DNA of 32,777 bases from a virus. Taxonomy: Duplodnaviria > Heunggongvirae > Uroviricota > Caudoviricetes. Below, piece after piece: positions 5,577 to 12,901 of this stretch. The stretch is taken from IMG/VR virus record IMGVR_UViG_3300022562_000870, positions 68,184-100,960 of that record; one strand, given 5' to 3'. A model generated the notes under the pieces. The model saw nothing but the letters and a program-made list of their open reading frames with translations, made no database searches and was not told the origin of the DNA. The translations under genes and the position numbers were made by a program. The first letter of the stretch is position 1. The number at the start of each line of letters is the position of its first letter.

Positions 5577-5998
5577 AAAGGTGCTACTATTTCATCAGCC
5601 CATTCTCTGGCTGAACGACCATCATCTGTAACTCTTATATCGTAGTGTTCTGGTGGTACAAATAACTTATTTGTATCATCGAACCTACCGGCGCATATTC
5701 TATCAACCCATATAACCATGGCACTTTCATAGTCAAACGCTGCACGCGTTTCCGGTGTTGGGCAAACAAAATCAACGATACAGAGGTGACCACTTTCAAC
5801 TACCTTATTTGATAGCCATTTCATAGTTTCTGCTTGTTTTATTCTGTCTTCTAGAGAAAATGTTAAATGTCTGTTTATTGTATTACGAATCTCGTCCGCA
5901 TTCCAACAGACGACACCGCCAAGTGCTTTACTTATTTCATTTGCAAGGGTTGTTTTGCCTGCACCAGGCAATCCCATTATAAGAATCTTTCTTTTCAT
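5564..5998 (-). CDS. Adenylylsulfate (APS) kinase-like P-loop protein
   Basis: Walker A GLPGAGKTT, 'NADEIRNT.....FSLEDR' and 'IVDFVCP' match the CysC-like pattern; shorter than cellular CysC. Confidence 0.7.
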   Translation of the reverse strand: MKRKILIMGLPGAGKTTLANEISKALGGVVCWNADEIRNTINRHLTFSLEDRIKQAETMKWLSNKVVESGHLCIVDFVCPTPETRAAFDYESAMVIWVDRICAGRFDDTNKLFVPPEHYDIRVTDDGRSAREWADEIVAPFYDW

Positions 5999-6015
5999 AA
6001 AACTATATATTATTT

Positions 6016-6363
6016 TTATTTTGGGGTTTTACCCATAAGTCTTGCATTAAGTTTCTGCAAGATTCTACTAATAGATTTTCTTTTTGCTATTTTAGATTTC
6101 CGCTTGATAGTACCTTTCTTCTTACGCATAATAGCTCTTCCACGGCGGACTTTCTTAGGGTCTTTACGTATTGCACAATCGCCAGGTTTAGATACTAAAC
6201 GATTTTTCTTAGGACCAGACAAACAACGATATTTTTTTGTTAATGTACCACCTTTTCGCTTCCATTGTCTTACTGCTGCTTCTGAAAGAACTTCATCGTT
6301 TTCATCAACGTAAACTTCTTCAAATTCACACACGGTATCATATAAGATTTCGTCTACTATCAC
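6016..6363 (-). CDS. Hypothetical protein, acidic N-terminus and very basic C-terminus (possible head-core/DNA-condensing protein)
   Basis: GTGA overlap with the upstream gene; EEVYVDENDEVLSE followed by a Lys/Arg-rich tail. Function is inference. Confidence 0.7.
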   Translation of the reverse strand: MIVDEILYDTVCEFEEVYVDENDEVLSEAAVRQWKRKGGTLTKKYRCLSGPKKNRLVSKPGDCAIRKDPKKVRRGRAIMRKKKGTIKRKSKIAKRKSISRILQKLNARLMGKTPK

Positions 6364-6668
6364 TGCATAGCTCCCGTGGCAGTTGGTACGACGCCTGCTT
6401 GTTTAGCAGCCATTTTTTCTTTTTGTGCTACTTGTTGTTTAGAACGGAGTAGTTCCTGTTCTTTTTTTGCTAATTTTAGTTTATCAGCTTCAAGTGGATC
6501 GTTAGACTGCGTAATCTCTTTTTGTTGTTGAGCAGATTTGGCCATCTGTTGTTTATTATATCTATCTTGACCCATTTTTGCGGCTTGTTTAACATCCTGC
6601 ATAGCTTGTGCTGGATCATCACTTACCATCAATTCCATTAAATATTCTCTAAAAGTTAAATGACTCAT
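6360..6668 (-). CDS. Hypothetical Gln/Lys-rich helical protein (102 aa)
   Basis: Co-oriented and tightly packed in the operon under the late box at 7845. Confidence 0.7.
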   Translation of the reverse strand: MSHLTFREYLMELMVSDDPAQAMQDVKQAAKMGQDRYNKQQMAKSAQQQKEITQSNDPLEADKLKLAKKEQELLRSKQQVAQKEKMAAKQAGVVPTATGAMQ

Positions 6669-6673
6669 ATTAA

Positions 6674-7813
6674 TTACCCGTTGTGACTTAAATTGCGCAT
6701 TATTAAATAAGACAATTCTTTAATTGTTATTTCATTGTCATCTTCTGGACTGTCACCATCTTTATCAAGTTCTTCATGGCGTTTTTGGTATGGATCATCA
6801 TATGTGTAATGATGATCTTCTTTACTTTCCATGGATAGTTTTACTTCAGCATCTTGCGCCTTTTGATGTTGGAATCTGGCAAGCTTTGCTAATTGTTGTG
6901 CTTCTTTTTCCTGTTCCTTAGCTTCCTTTTCAGAAGTTTCCATATCAAGGATTTGTTCTTCTTTACGAATTTTTGAAGCGGCTGCTTGTGCGGCGAATTC
7001 TGCTTCTTTAGCTCTTGCTTCTGCGGCTCGTGCATCTGCTTCTGCTTTTTTAGCTTCTGCATCTGCCTTCATCATATCAATAACGGAATCCAATGCAGAT
7101 TTAGCCGATGCTTCATCGCCCATTCCCATATCTTCTTCGCCCGGTATAGATTCGCCGTCGAGGTTTTCCATATCACCACCTTCGGCACTTTGACCTTCTG
7201 GTGGAAGTTCGCCTGCTGCGCCTTGGGCTGGTGTAGCTTCTGTACCTGCAACTTCTTGTTCTTCTTCTTCATCACCTTCAATAGCTGGCCATTCAACATC
7301 CACAATTTCAAATTCATCTTTTAATTTAAAAAGTACTTCCGCAATTTCCAATGCAGAATTATCATCGTCATCGTCTTCATCTTCGCTAGCTAACATTGCT
7401 GCTAACTTCTTTTCAAAATCGTCGGCTTGATCAGAACGAACGTAAACCTTAACCATGTTACCATCTTCATCTTCCATGCCAAATGGAATGGTATCTTCAT
7501 TTTGTTCTTCTTTTTTAGAAGCCGCTTCAATACGTGAAATAACATCGGAAGCATCGAAATCAGAACCACCCAAGTCAACACCAAGCGATTCAGATAGAAG
7601 TGATTGAATAAATGACAGTTTTTTGGATTCTGATATGCCCAATCTGCGAATCATTTTACGTCGTTTTTTACCTTCTTTTTTCATATCAACTACACCGCCG
7701 CCAAAAAGAGAACCACCACCGCCGCCAGAAGTATATGGATTTGCTGCAATATTTGCTGCACCAGTGCTGCCTGCTGCGGCCATTTCTTGTACAAGATCAT
7801 TCAGTAAAGACAT
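6674..7813 (-). CDS. Highly acidic coiled-coil protein, probable prohead core/scaffold (379 aa)
   Basis: Poly-Gly and poly-Asp tracts and a long Ala/Glu/Lys coiled coil; (L/I)xE sites of the kind cut by T4 gp21 protease; exact TATAAATA upstream. Function is inference. Confidence 0.6.
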   Translation of the reverse strand: MSLLNDLVQEMAAAGSTGAANIAANPYTSGGGGGSLFGGGVVDMKKEGKKRRKMIRRLGISESKKLSFIQSLLSESLGVDLGGSDFDASDVISRIEAASKKEEQNEDTIPFGMEDEDGNMVKVYVRSDQADDFEKKLAAMLASEDEDDDDDNSALEIAEVLFKLKDEFEIVDVEWPAIEGDEEEEQEVAGTEATPAQGAAGELPPEGQSAEGGDMENLDGESIPGEEDMGMGDEASAKSALDSVIDMMKADAEAKKAEADARAAEARAKEAEFAAQAAASKIRKEEQILDMETSEKEAKEQEKEAQQLAKLARFQHQKAQDAEVKLSMESKEDHHYTYDDPYQKRHEELDKDGDSPEDDNEITIKELSYLIMRNLSHNG

Positions 7814-7844
7814 AAGATTTTTCCTAAATTAAGATATTTTCATG

Positions 7845-7852
7845 TATTTATA
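7845..7852 (-). promoter_or_regulatory. T4-late promoter TATAAATA
   Basis: Exact consensus, 31 nt upstream of ATG 7813. Confidence 0.65.
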
Positions 7853-7887
7853 CGCTTTGGACAATCTGAACACGATTTGTGACCATT

Positions 7888-7913
7888 AAAAAACCCGCCA
7901 ATGGCGGGTTTTT
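7888..7913. terminator. Intrinsic terminator AAAAACCCGCC-AAT-GGCGGGTTTTT
   Basis: Perfect GC-rich inverted repeat with A/T tails on both sides, just downstream of the 7932..8231 gene. Confidence 0.85.
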
Positions 7914-7931
7914 ACCTGAAACATTGAATTA

Positions 7932-8231
7932 TTATTCAACGGAGGGCGGCATATCTTCAACCACTTCTTCAGCTGGTGCATCATTTGCTGCGGCTGCTGC
8001 TGCGGCTGCTTGCGCTTCTGCATCCAAGTCAGCACGTACACGGCCAATTATTTGGCGTGAAAGTGTTTCTTTTGCTGCTTGTAAAATGGTAAGTTCGTCA
8101 CGAACTCCTGCTTCTTTGCGGTTCCATTCATTGTAGATTTCAACTAATGATTGTACTTCATCAGAAAGTGATTCTACCGCATAAGGAACATCATCAATAT
8201 TCAATACTGTAATGTCTGATACTCTTGGCAT
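7932..8231 (-). CDS. Small coiled-coil hypothetical protein (99 aa) with poly-Ala tail
   Basis: AGGAG Shine-Dalgarno; 'LNIDDVPYAVESLSDEVQSL' followed by a heptad helix and AAAAAAAA. Confidence 0.8.
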   Translation of the reverse strand: MPRVSDITVLNIDDVPYAVESLSDEVQSLVEIYNEWNRKEAGVRDELTILQAAKETLSRQIIGRVRADLDAEAQAAAAAAAANDAPAEEVVEDMPPSVE

Positions 8232-8271
8232 TTCTATTCTCCTATAGGTTATTAATTATACATGTATCTTT

Positions 8272-8279
8272 TATTTATG
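8272..8279 (-). promoter_or_regulatory. T4-late-type box CATAAATA overlapping the helicase stop codon
   Basis: 40 nt upstream of ATG 8231. Confidence 0.4.
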
Positions 8280-9615
8280 TGGATGTAAAACTGCTGAGCA
8301 TATCAGTTAGCCTATCACCCGTTGGTGCATCCGAATCATCATCTATTAACGATTCATTGGATTCTTTTTTGTTAAAAACTAATGGTTGTGGTTTACCATC
8401 ACCATCTTCATCAACAATTCTTAAAAATCTTGGGTCCCATTTTAAATGTACTTGTGTTCCTACCCCATCACTATTTCGTGTTTTTTGGAATATAAAAACG
8501 CATTTTCCCTGTGCTTTCATTTCTGGAGTCATAATAATAGACCAGTAAACGTCTGCTTCATTAATCTTACTAATACCGCCTGCAATATGACTATGGTCAT
8601 GTTCCATGGTATTAACTGCACTTCTATTTAACTGTGATGCAGTAGCTATAAACATATTGTGATCTACACCAATATCACGAAGCTGTTCCGAGCAGCGTTT
8701 GTCTTTTTCAAATACATTATCGGCTGAAACGCGTTCATTTGGTGACATTTTATCAAGATAATCTACTATTAATAAATCTGGCATCATATCATGGAATAAG
8801 TAATATTCTTTCAAATATGCACGGATTTGATTAGCAGTTGTTCCCGATGGCATATGAACTATATCAATAATACCTTCACACTCTTTATTTCCTGCTGCAC
8901 GTACACCCGTAATGATTTCATCTATGTGGTCTTTCCAATTACGTCTACTAATACCAGTAAACATTGTATCAAACCGCTGCGCTACTACAGGTTCGGAAAG
9001 TTCTAAAGAAAGATAAAGTACATTCATACCCTGATTAACAAAATTGAATGCAAGGTTTGATAGTGTTATAGACTTACCACCGCCAGAATTTGCCGATACT
9101 AATAGTAGTTCTTTGCGCGATATACCACCAAACAATGCTTCATCGACGGCTGTCCATCCAGTCGGAAATGTTGGGTCTTCTTCCAACATCTTTTGTAATC
9201 GCTCTTCAACTGTATCAAAATAGCGCAAGCCAAGATCTTTTGTTAGTGAAACCAAGGCGGCCAGTTTCATCTGTTCCTGTGCTTCACCGTATTTTTCTTC
9301 CTTAATTAAGTTTGGTAAGGCAAGAGATAGTTTTTTCATAGCACCTTGCTTACAAAATCTTTCTATTTCAGTTGCGCAATATTTAACTTCATCTTGTTTT
9401 ATTTCATGAATTTGGAATTTTTGTCCAGATTCTGCTTCGATTTGTGCAATACTTGGTGTAGTGCTGTAATCATTATAATAACCTTTTATAAATGTTACAG
9501 CATTACGAAATTCTGGATCGAAGTAAGAAGATTCGACAATACTTTGACACAATGCAAAAGTATCTGGCGAAGAGATTAGTAACTCTATAAGAAGTTTCTG
9601 TTTTTTACTATCCAT
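8275..9615 (-). CDS. Replicative DNA helicase, T4 gp41/DnaB family
   Basis: Walker A ANSGGGKS, 'YLSLELSE', Walker B 'IVDYLD', 'TASQLNR', 'QKTRNSDG' arginine finger; no intein seen. Confidence 0.93.
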   Translation of the reverse strand: MDSKKQKLLIELLISSPDTFALCQSIVESSYFDPEFRNAVTFIKGYYNDYSTTPSIAQIEAESGQKFQIHEIKQDEVKYCATEIERFCKQGAMKKLSLALPNLIKEEKYGEAQEQMKLAALVSLTKDLGLRYFDTVEERLQKMLEEDPTFPTGWTAVDEALFGGISRKELLLVSANSGGGKSITLSNLAFNFVNQGMNVLYLSLELSEPVVAQRFDTMFTGISRRNWKDHIDEIITGVRAAGNKECEGIIDIVHMPSGTTANQIRAYLKEYYLFHDMMPDLLIVDYLDKMSPNERVSADNVFEKDKRCSEQLRDIGVDHNMFIATASQLNRSAVNTMEHDHSHIAGGISKINEADVYWSIIMTPEMKAQGKCVFIFQKTRNSDGVGTQVHLKWDPRFLRIVDEDGDGKPQPLVFNKKESNESLIDDDSDAPTGDRLTDMLSSFTST

Positions 9616-9641
9616 TATTTTTCTTTATTATAATTATATTG

Positions 9642-10664
9642 TTATACTTGTATCTGACGTATTGGTGGATACGTCATTTCTATTACATTTTCTTTAACAT
9701 AAAATTCACCCGAATCGAATACGAAAGAAAATGGATTTTTTGTTTCTGTTATATCATAAACGTCTATGTAATTTTCCGTCGCTTTATCTGATATGGTATA
9801 TGGTGCATTGGCGTATAGTATATAAACTTCATCTTGAAGAATATCCCTAAACTGTGCACCCATGGATGCATCCCGAATAGCTGTAAATCTAAACGTAGAA
9901 CCCGATCCTATCGTTTCATTATACATTTCATCTACTATACCAGAAAAACTACGAATTGTATATATTTTTCCTTTTATAACAACCTTATTGTAATCTTTCC
10001 AAGATGAACTTGAACTATCAGGCGGTACATCTGCTTTAACATCGTATGTTTTACTAACGGTTGTATTTTGTGTAGTCGTGTATGCAATATTCAGTTGAAC
10101 TAAATCAGGTGAACCTTCACCAACAGAAGAAACGCGTGTGGCAATAGCTATTTCACCGCCATTAGATATTTGTTGCAATGCTATTTCCGTTGTAGATATA
10201 GTTCGTGTAAATGGGCGCAATAAGTTTGGATCGGATTGTCTAGCTACTAATTGTGCTAAACCAGACCATGGACGATCAAATCGCAATATAATATTGTTAT
10301 CATCTACAACAACAGTATCTGTTGGAATTATTTCTTCGCGATTATCTGTATCGTCTTCTGTAGGAATATCTACAAATGCTGATATAGATGGAAATGTACC
10401 CAAATTGTGTTCAATAATCCATTCACTTCTTGCTATAGACTGTGTATGATTGTGTAAAACTTTTCGCTGTCGCCATTCATCTAAGCCGGAAACTCTATCG
10501 GGCGAAGAGGCGCGGACAAAATCTGATAATACTTTCGATTGGAACATCTTACCACGACAACCGTGTGTAATAGTACAACGTTGAACTCGTTCTAATCCTT
10601 CTACATTGCGCTGATATTCCTTTTCGCGCTTACATACGTCGCACTTATAAACTACAATTGCCAT
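9642..10664 (-). CDS. Probable virion structural protein: N-terminal Cys cluster plus HNLG-type beta domain (340 aa)
   Basis: CDVC...CTITHGC (possible Zn site); 'WIIEHNLGTFP...DDNNIILRF..PWSG.A' resembles a module common in phage tail/baseplate proteins. Confidence 0.55.
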   Translation of the reverse strand: MAIVVYKCDVCKREKEYQRNVEGLERVQRCTITHGCRGKMFQSKVLSDFVRASSPDRVSGLDEWRQRKVLHNHTQSIARSEWIIEHNLGTFPSISAFVDIPTEDDTDNREEIIPTDTVVVDDNNIILRFDRPWSGLAQLVARQSDPNLLRPFTRTISTTEIALQQISNGGEIAIATRVSSVGEGSPDLVQLNIAYTTTQNTTVSKTYDVKADVPPDSSSSSWKDYNKVVIKGKIYTIRSFSGIVDEMYNETIGSGSTFRFTAIRDASMGAQFRDILQDEVYILYANAPYTISDKATENYIDVYDITETKNPFSFVFDSGEFYVKENVIEMTYPPIRQIQV

Positions 10665-10673
10665 TTTTCATCC

Positions 10674-10979
10674 TTAAACTAATTGTATTTTAGAAAATTG
10701 AGCCAGATATGCTTTTACTAAGCCAGCTGGTGGTTCCTTCTCCAATTCACACATAATACATTTTCTATATAATTTAACATTGCCTTCTGTTTTGAATTCT
10801 GGATTTTCTGCACTTACCATAAATGGTAGCATACCCAATCCAATATGACCTTCGGGTGTCTGTTGCATCACTAACACCCTTGCTCTTTCAAGAATAATAT
10901 AATCTTCTTTTTCTTCAACAAGTGAAGCTATCACTTCTTCAGAAGATGTTGTTTTAAATGTTATAACTGTTTCTGTCAC
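10674..10979 (-). CDS. Small beta-barrel (Sm-like) hypothetical protein (101 aa)
   Basis: GTG start with AGGAG Shine-Dalgarno; 'ITFKTTSSEEVIASL.EE...IILERAR' resembles Sm-like proteins of T4-like phages (from memory). Confidence 0.55.
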   Translation of the reverse strand: MTETVITFKTTSSEEVIASLVEEKEDYIILERARVLVMQQTPEGHIGLGMLPFMVSAENPEFKTEGNVKLYRKCIMCELEKEPPAGLVKAYLAQFSKIQLV

Positions 10980-11004
10980 GGTCTTCTCCTATTTATTATT
11001 ATTT

Positions 11005-11289
11005 TTATAACCTAATATAGATGGCATATAAATCTATCGGTACAAGGAATATAAACATTCCCAAAAGGGGTCTATCCCTTGATATTACAGCAAAAAATCC
11101 CCAAAGTAAGTGTGCAATCAGAAATCCAACAAAAGGCGTAGATGATGCGGCTATACCAAGGGAAATTGACATAGCAACGGCGCTAATAAGAATAAACGCG
11201 TTAGCTATCCATTTTATTGTTTCTTGGGTTTTTTTATCGTAATTGGATAAAAGCCACAGATTATACACTGAAAAGAAAAAGGGGTACAT
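11005..11289 (-). CDS. Small polytopic membrane protein (94 aa)
   Basis: Three hydrophobic segments. Confidence 0.65.
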   Translation of the reverse strand: MYPFFFSVYNLWLLSNYDKKTQETIKWIANAFILISAVAMSISLGIAASSTPFVGFLIAHLLWGFFAVISRDRPLLGMFIFLVPIDLYAIYIRL

Positions 11290-11331
11290 TTTTATGCCTT
11301 ATAATTATTATTAATTGCGTATAATACTATA

Positions 11332-11907
11332 TTATATAAGCACTGTCAATAGTTCGTTATAATTATCAATATGTGATTTGCGAACCGCATAGTAATAAGG
11401 TATACCATATATTATAATTTCAGCGCCAGATTCTATACCGGACGCCAAATCTTCAGAAACGTATGTAAACCTAAGCAAATCTGTAAAAACTGCCTTACCT
11501 GATTTTTCACCCATTTCTTCAAGAATGGATTCAAGGACTGCCTTGTATTCCTGTGTGGAATTTTCTACTTCTTTACTATAAAGGAATTTATATCCATCTA
11601 TAGGAAAAATGTAAAATGGATCGGATTTCTCCATTATTGTTTGTTCATAAGTGGTTAGACCATTCGCAAATATAGATCGTTCGCGCAAGTCTTCCAATTC
11701 ATGCGTAAATGCCCCATTGAACATATTAGAAAAGGCATTTGTCTGTTTTCTTTTACGGACTTTTACCTTCTGAAAATCGCTGTAATTTTCCGGTAAATAT
11801 TTAACCATAGGCAAACCACCAGATTCATCCAGAAACTGAGTGCATTGTGCCCGTATCAATTCTAAAGTACCGGGTTCGTATCTAAAAATTAAGTCTTTTA
11901 CACGCAT
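11332..11907 (-). CDS. Hypothetical protein (191 aa), start MRVKDL at 11907
   Basis: The alternative ATG at 11943 lies in a terminator loop. 'RSIFANG...FYIFPIDGYKFLYS' pattern recurs in jumbo-phage proteins (from memory). Confidence 0.7.
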   Translation of the reverse strand: MRVKDLIFRYEPGTLELIRAQCTQFLDESGGLPMVKYLPENYSDFQKVKVRKRKQTNAFSNMFNGAFTHELEDLRERSIFANGLTTYEQTIMEKSDPFYIFPIDGYKFLYSKEVENSTQEYKAVLESILEEMGEKSGKAVFTDLLRFTYVSEDLASGIESGAEIIIYGIPYYYAVRKSHIDNYNELLTVLI

Positions 11908-11914
11908 GGTGTAG

Positions 11915-11922
11915 TATTTATG
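11915..11922 (-). promoter_or_regulatory. T4-late-type box CATAAATA
   Basis: Directly after a terminator and only 7 nt before ATG 11907. Confidence 0.5.
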
Positions 11923-11930
11923 CGTGTAAT

Positions 11931-11960
11931 AAAGCGGGGCCATCTGAAAAACCCCGCTTT
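11931..11960 (-). terminator. Intrinsic terminator AAAGCGGGG...CCCCGCTTT
   Basis: 9-bp inverted repeat downstream of the 11973..12242 gene. Confidence 0.7.
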
Positions 11961-11972
11961 AGTGGTGGTTTA

Positions 11973-12242
11973 TCAACCAGCCTCGGCATCTAACTGCGCG
12001 ATTAATTCATTCGCAAGTTGGATGCTTTTCGTAGCAATGTACCGCGGACCGCGTTGAATATCATCTATCAGATATGAAAAATCAACCTGATAGAAATACA
12101 GTGAAGTACATTCCCATTCATCGTCTTTATTGACGAAACAATAGGCACGTGAACCGACACTGTTTGCGGCTTTCGCGGCTGCCTTGGAAAACGCACGAGA
12201 CAAGTATTTGACAACTTCGTCAATATTAATCTCTTTTTCCAT
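11973..12242 (-). CDS. Hypothetical early protein (89 aa), start MEKEIN at 12242
   Basis: GAGG Shine-Dalgarno before ATG 12242; own sigma70 promoter and terminator. Confidence 0.7.
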   Translation of the reverse strand: MEKEINIDEVVKYLSRAFSKAAAKAANSVGSRAYCFVNKDDEWECTSLYFYQVDFSYLIDDIQRGPRYIATKSIQLANELIAQLDAEAG

Positions 12243-12315
12243 GGGAGTCCCTCGAAAAAGTGAATGACACATATTAGGAAATCCTAATACACCTATGTGA
12301 TATACACACTAGGAT

Positions 12316-12344
12316 AATATATAACATTTTCCATCATTTGTCAA
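12316..12344 (-). promoter_or_regulatory. Sigma70 promoter TTGACA-N17-TATATT
   Basis: Exact -35, 17-bp spacer, one mismatch in -10. Confidence 0.7.
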
Positions 12345-12388
12345 CTTTCAATGGGTTAAAAGAGCTAAAAAATAGCTGACTGAAAGTC

Positions 12389-12417
12389 TTGACTGTATTA
12401 ATTATTTTTGTTATTAT
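12389..12417 (+). promoter_or_regulatory. Sigma70 promoter TTGACT-N17-TATTAT (dCMP deaminase-nrdAB operon)
   Basis: 17-bp spacer with one mismatch in each hexamer; divergent from the 12316..12344 promoter. Confidence 0.65.
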
Positions 12418-12460
12418 CACAAAAAACAATAACGAATTATAAATATTTTTACTCTTCACT

Positions 12461-12877
12461 ATGAAACAAAGACACGCAATCGCACACATGCAGGCAGCTT
12501 ACGTGTATGCCAACTTATCTTATTGCAATCGCAGGAAGGTTGGTTGTGTTATAGTTAAAAATGATAGCATTATCGCTATCGGCTACAACGGAACTGACCC
12601 GGGCGAAGAAAATATTTGTGAAGATGAGAACGGTGTTACTAAATCAAATGTAAGACATGCAGAAGACAATGCAATCAGAAAATTAACAAAAAGTCCAAAC
12701 GATGGGAATAACAGTGTTATGTTCGTAACTACTGCACCTTGTCGGTTTTGTGCTTCGCGGATTGTCGATGCTGGTATTAAAACAGTCTACTATGATGATG
12801 TCTACCATAACGAAGAAGGCATTGAATATTTAACTAAGCATGGTATAGAAGTCTTAAAACTAACCATGCCGGAATAA
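12461..12877 (+). CDS. dCMP deaminase (cytidine deaminase family)
   Basis: 'SYCNRRKVGCVIV', 'IGYNG', 'HAEDNAI', 'TTAPCRFC' Zn motifs. Confidence 0.92.
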   Translation: MKQRHAIAHMQAAYVYANLSYCNRRKVGCVIVKNDSIIAIGYNGTDPGEENICEDENGVTKSNVRHAEDNAIRKLTKSPNDGNNSVMFVTTAPCRFCASRIVDAGIKTVYYDDVYHNEEGIEYLTKHGIEVLKLTMPE

Positions 12878-12901
12878 AAAGTATAATAACAAGGAATAAT
12901 A

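Noticed and set aside
6016-6363. Basic protein as RNase P protein subunit RnpA
   Set aside because: No RNR motif or RnpA fold pattern; it sits in a late operon on the opposite strand.
7975-8020. GCN repeat encoding poly-Ala (also poly-Gly and poly-Asp tracts in 6674-7813)
   Set aside because: Ordinary low-complexity coding sequence with mixed codons; no sign of a phase-variable repeat.
12345-12460. NrdR box upstream of the nrd operon
   Set aside because: No convincing match to the palindromic NrdR consensus by eye.
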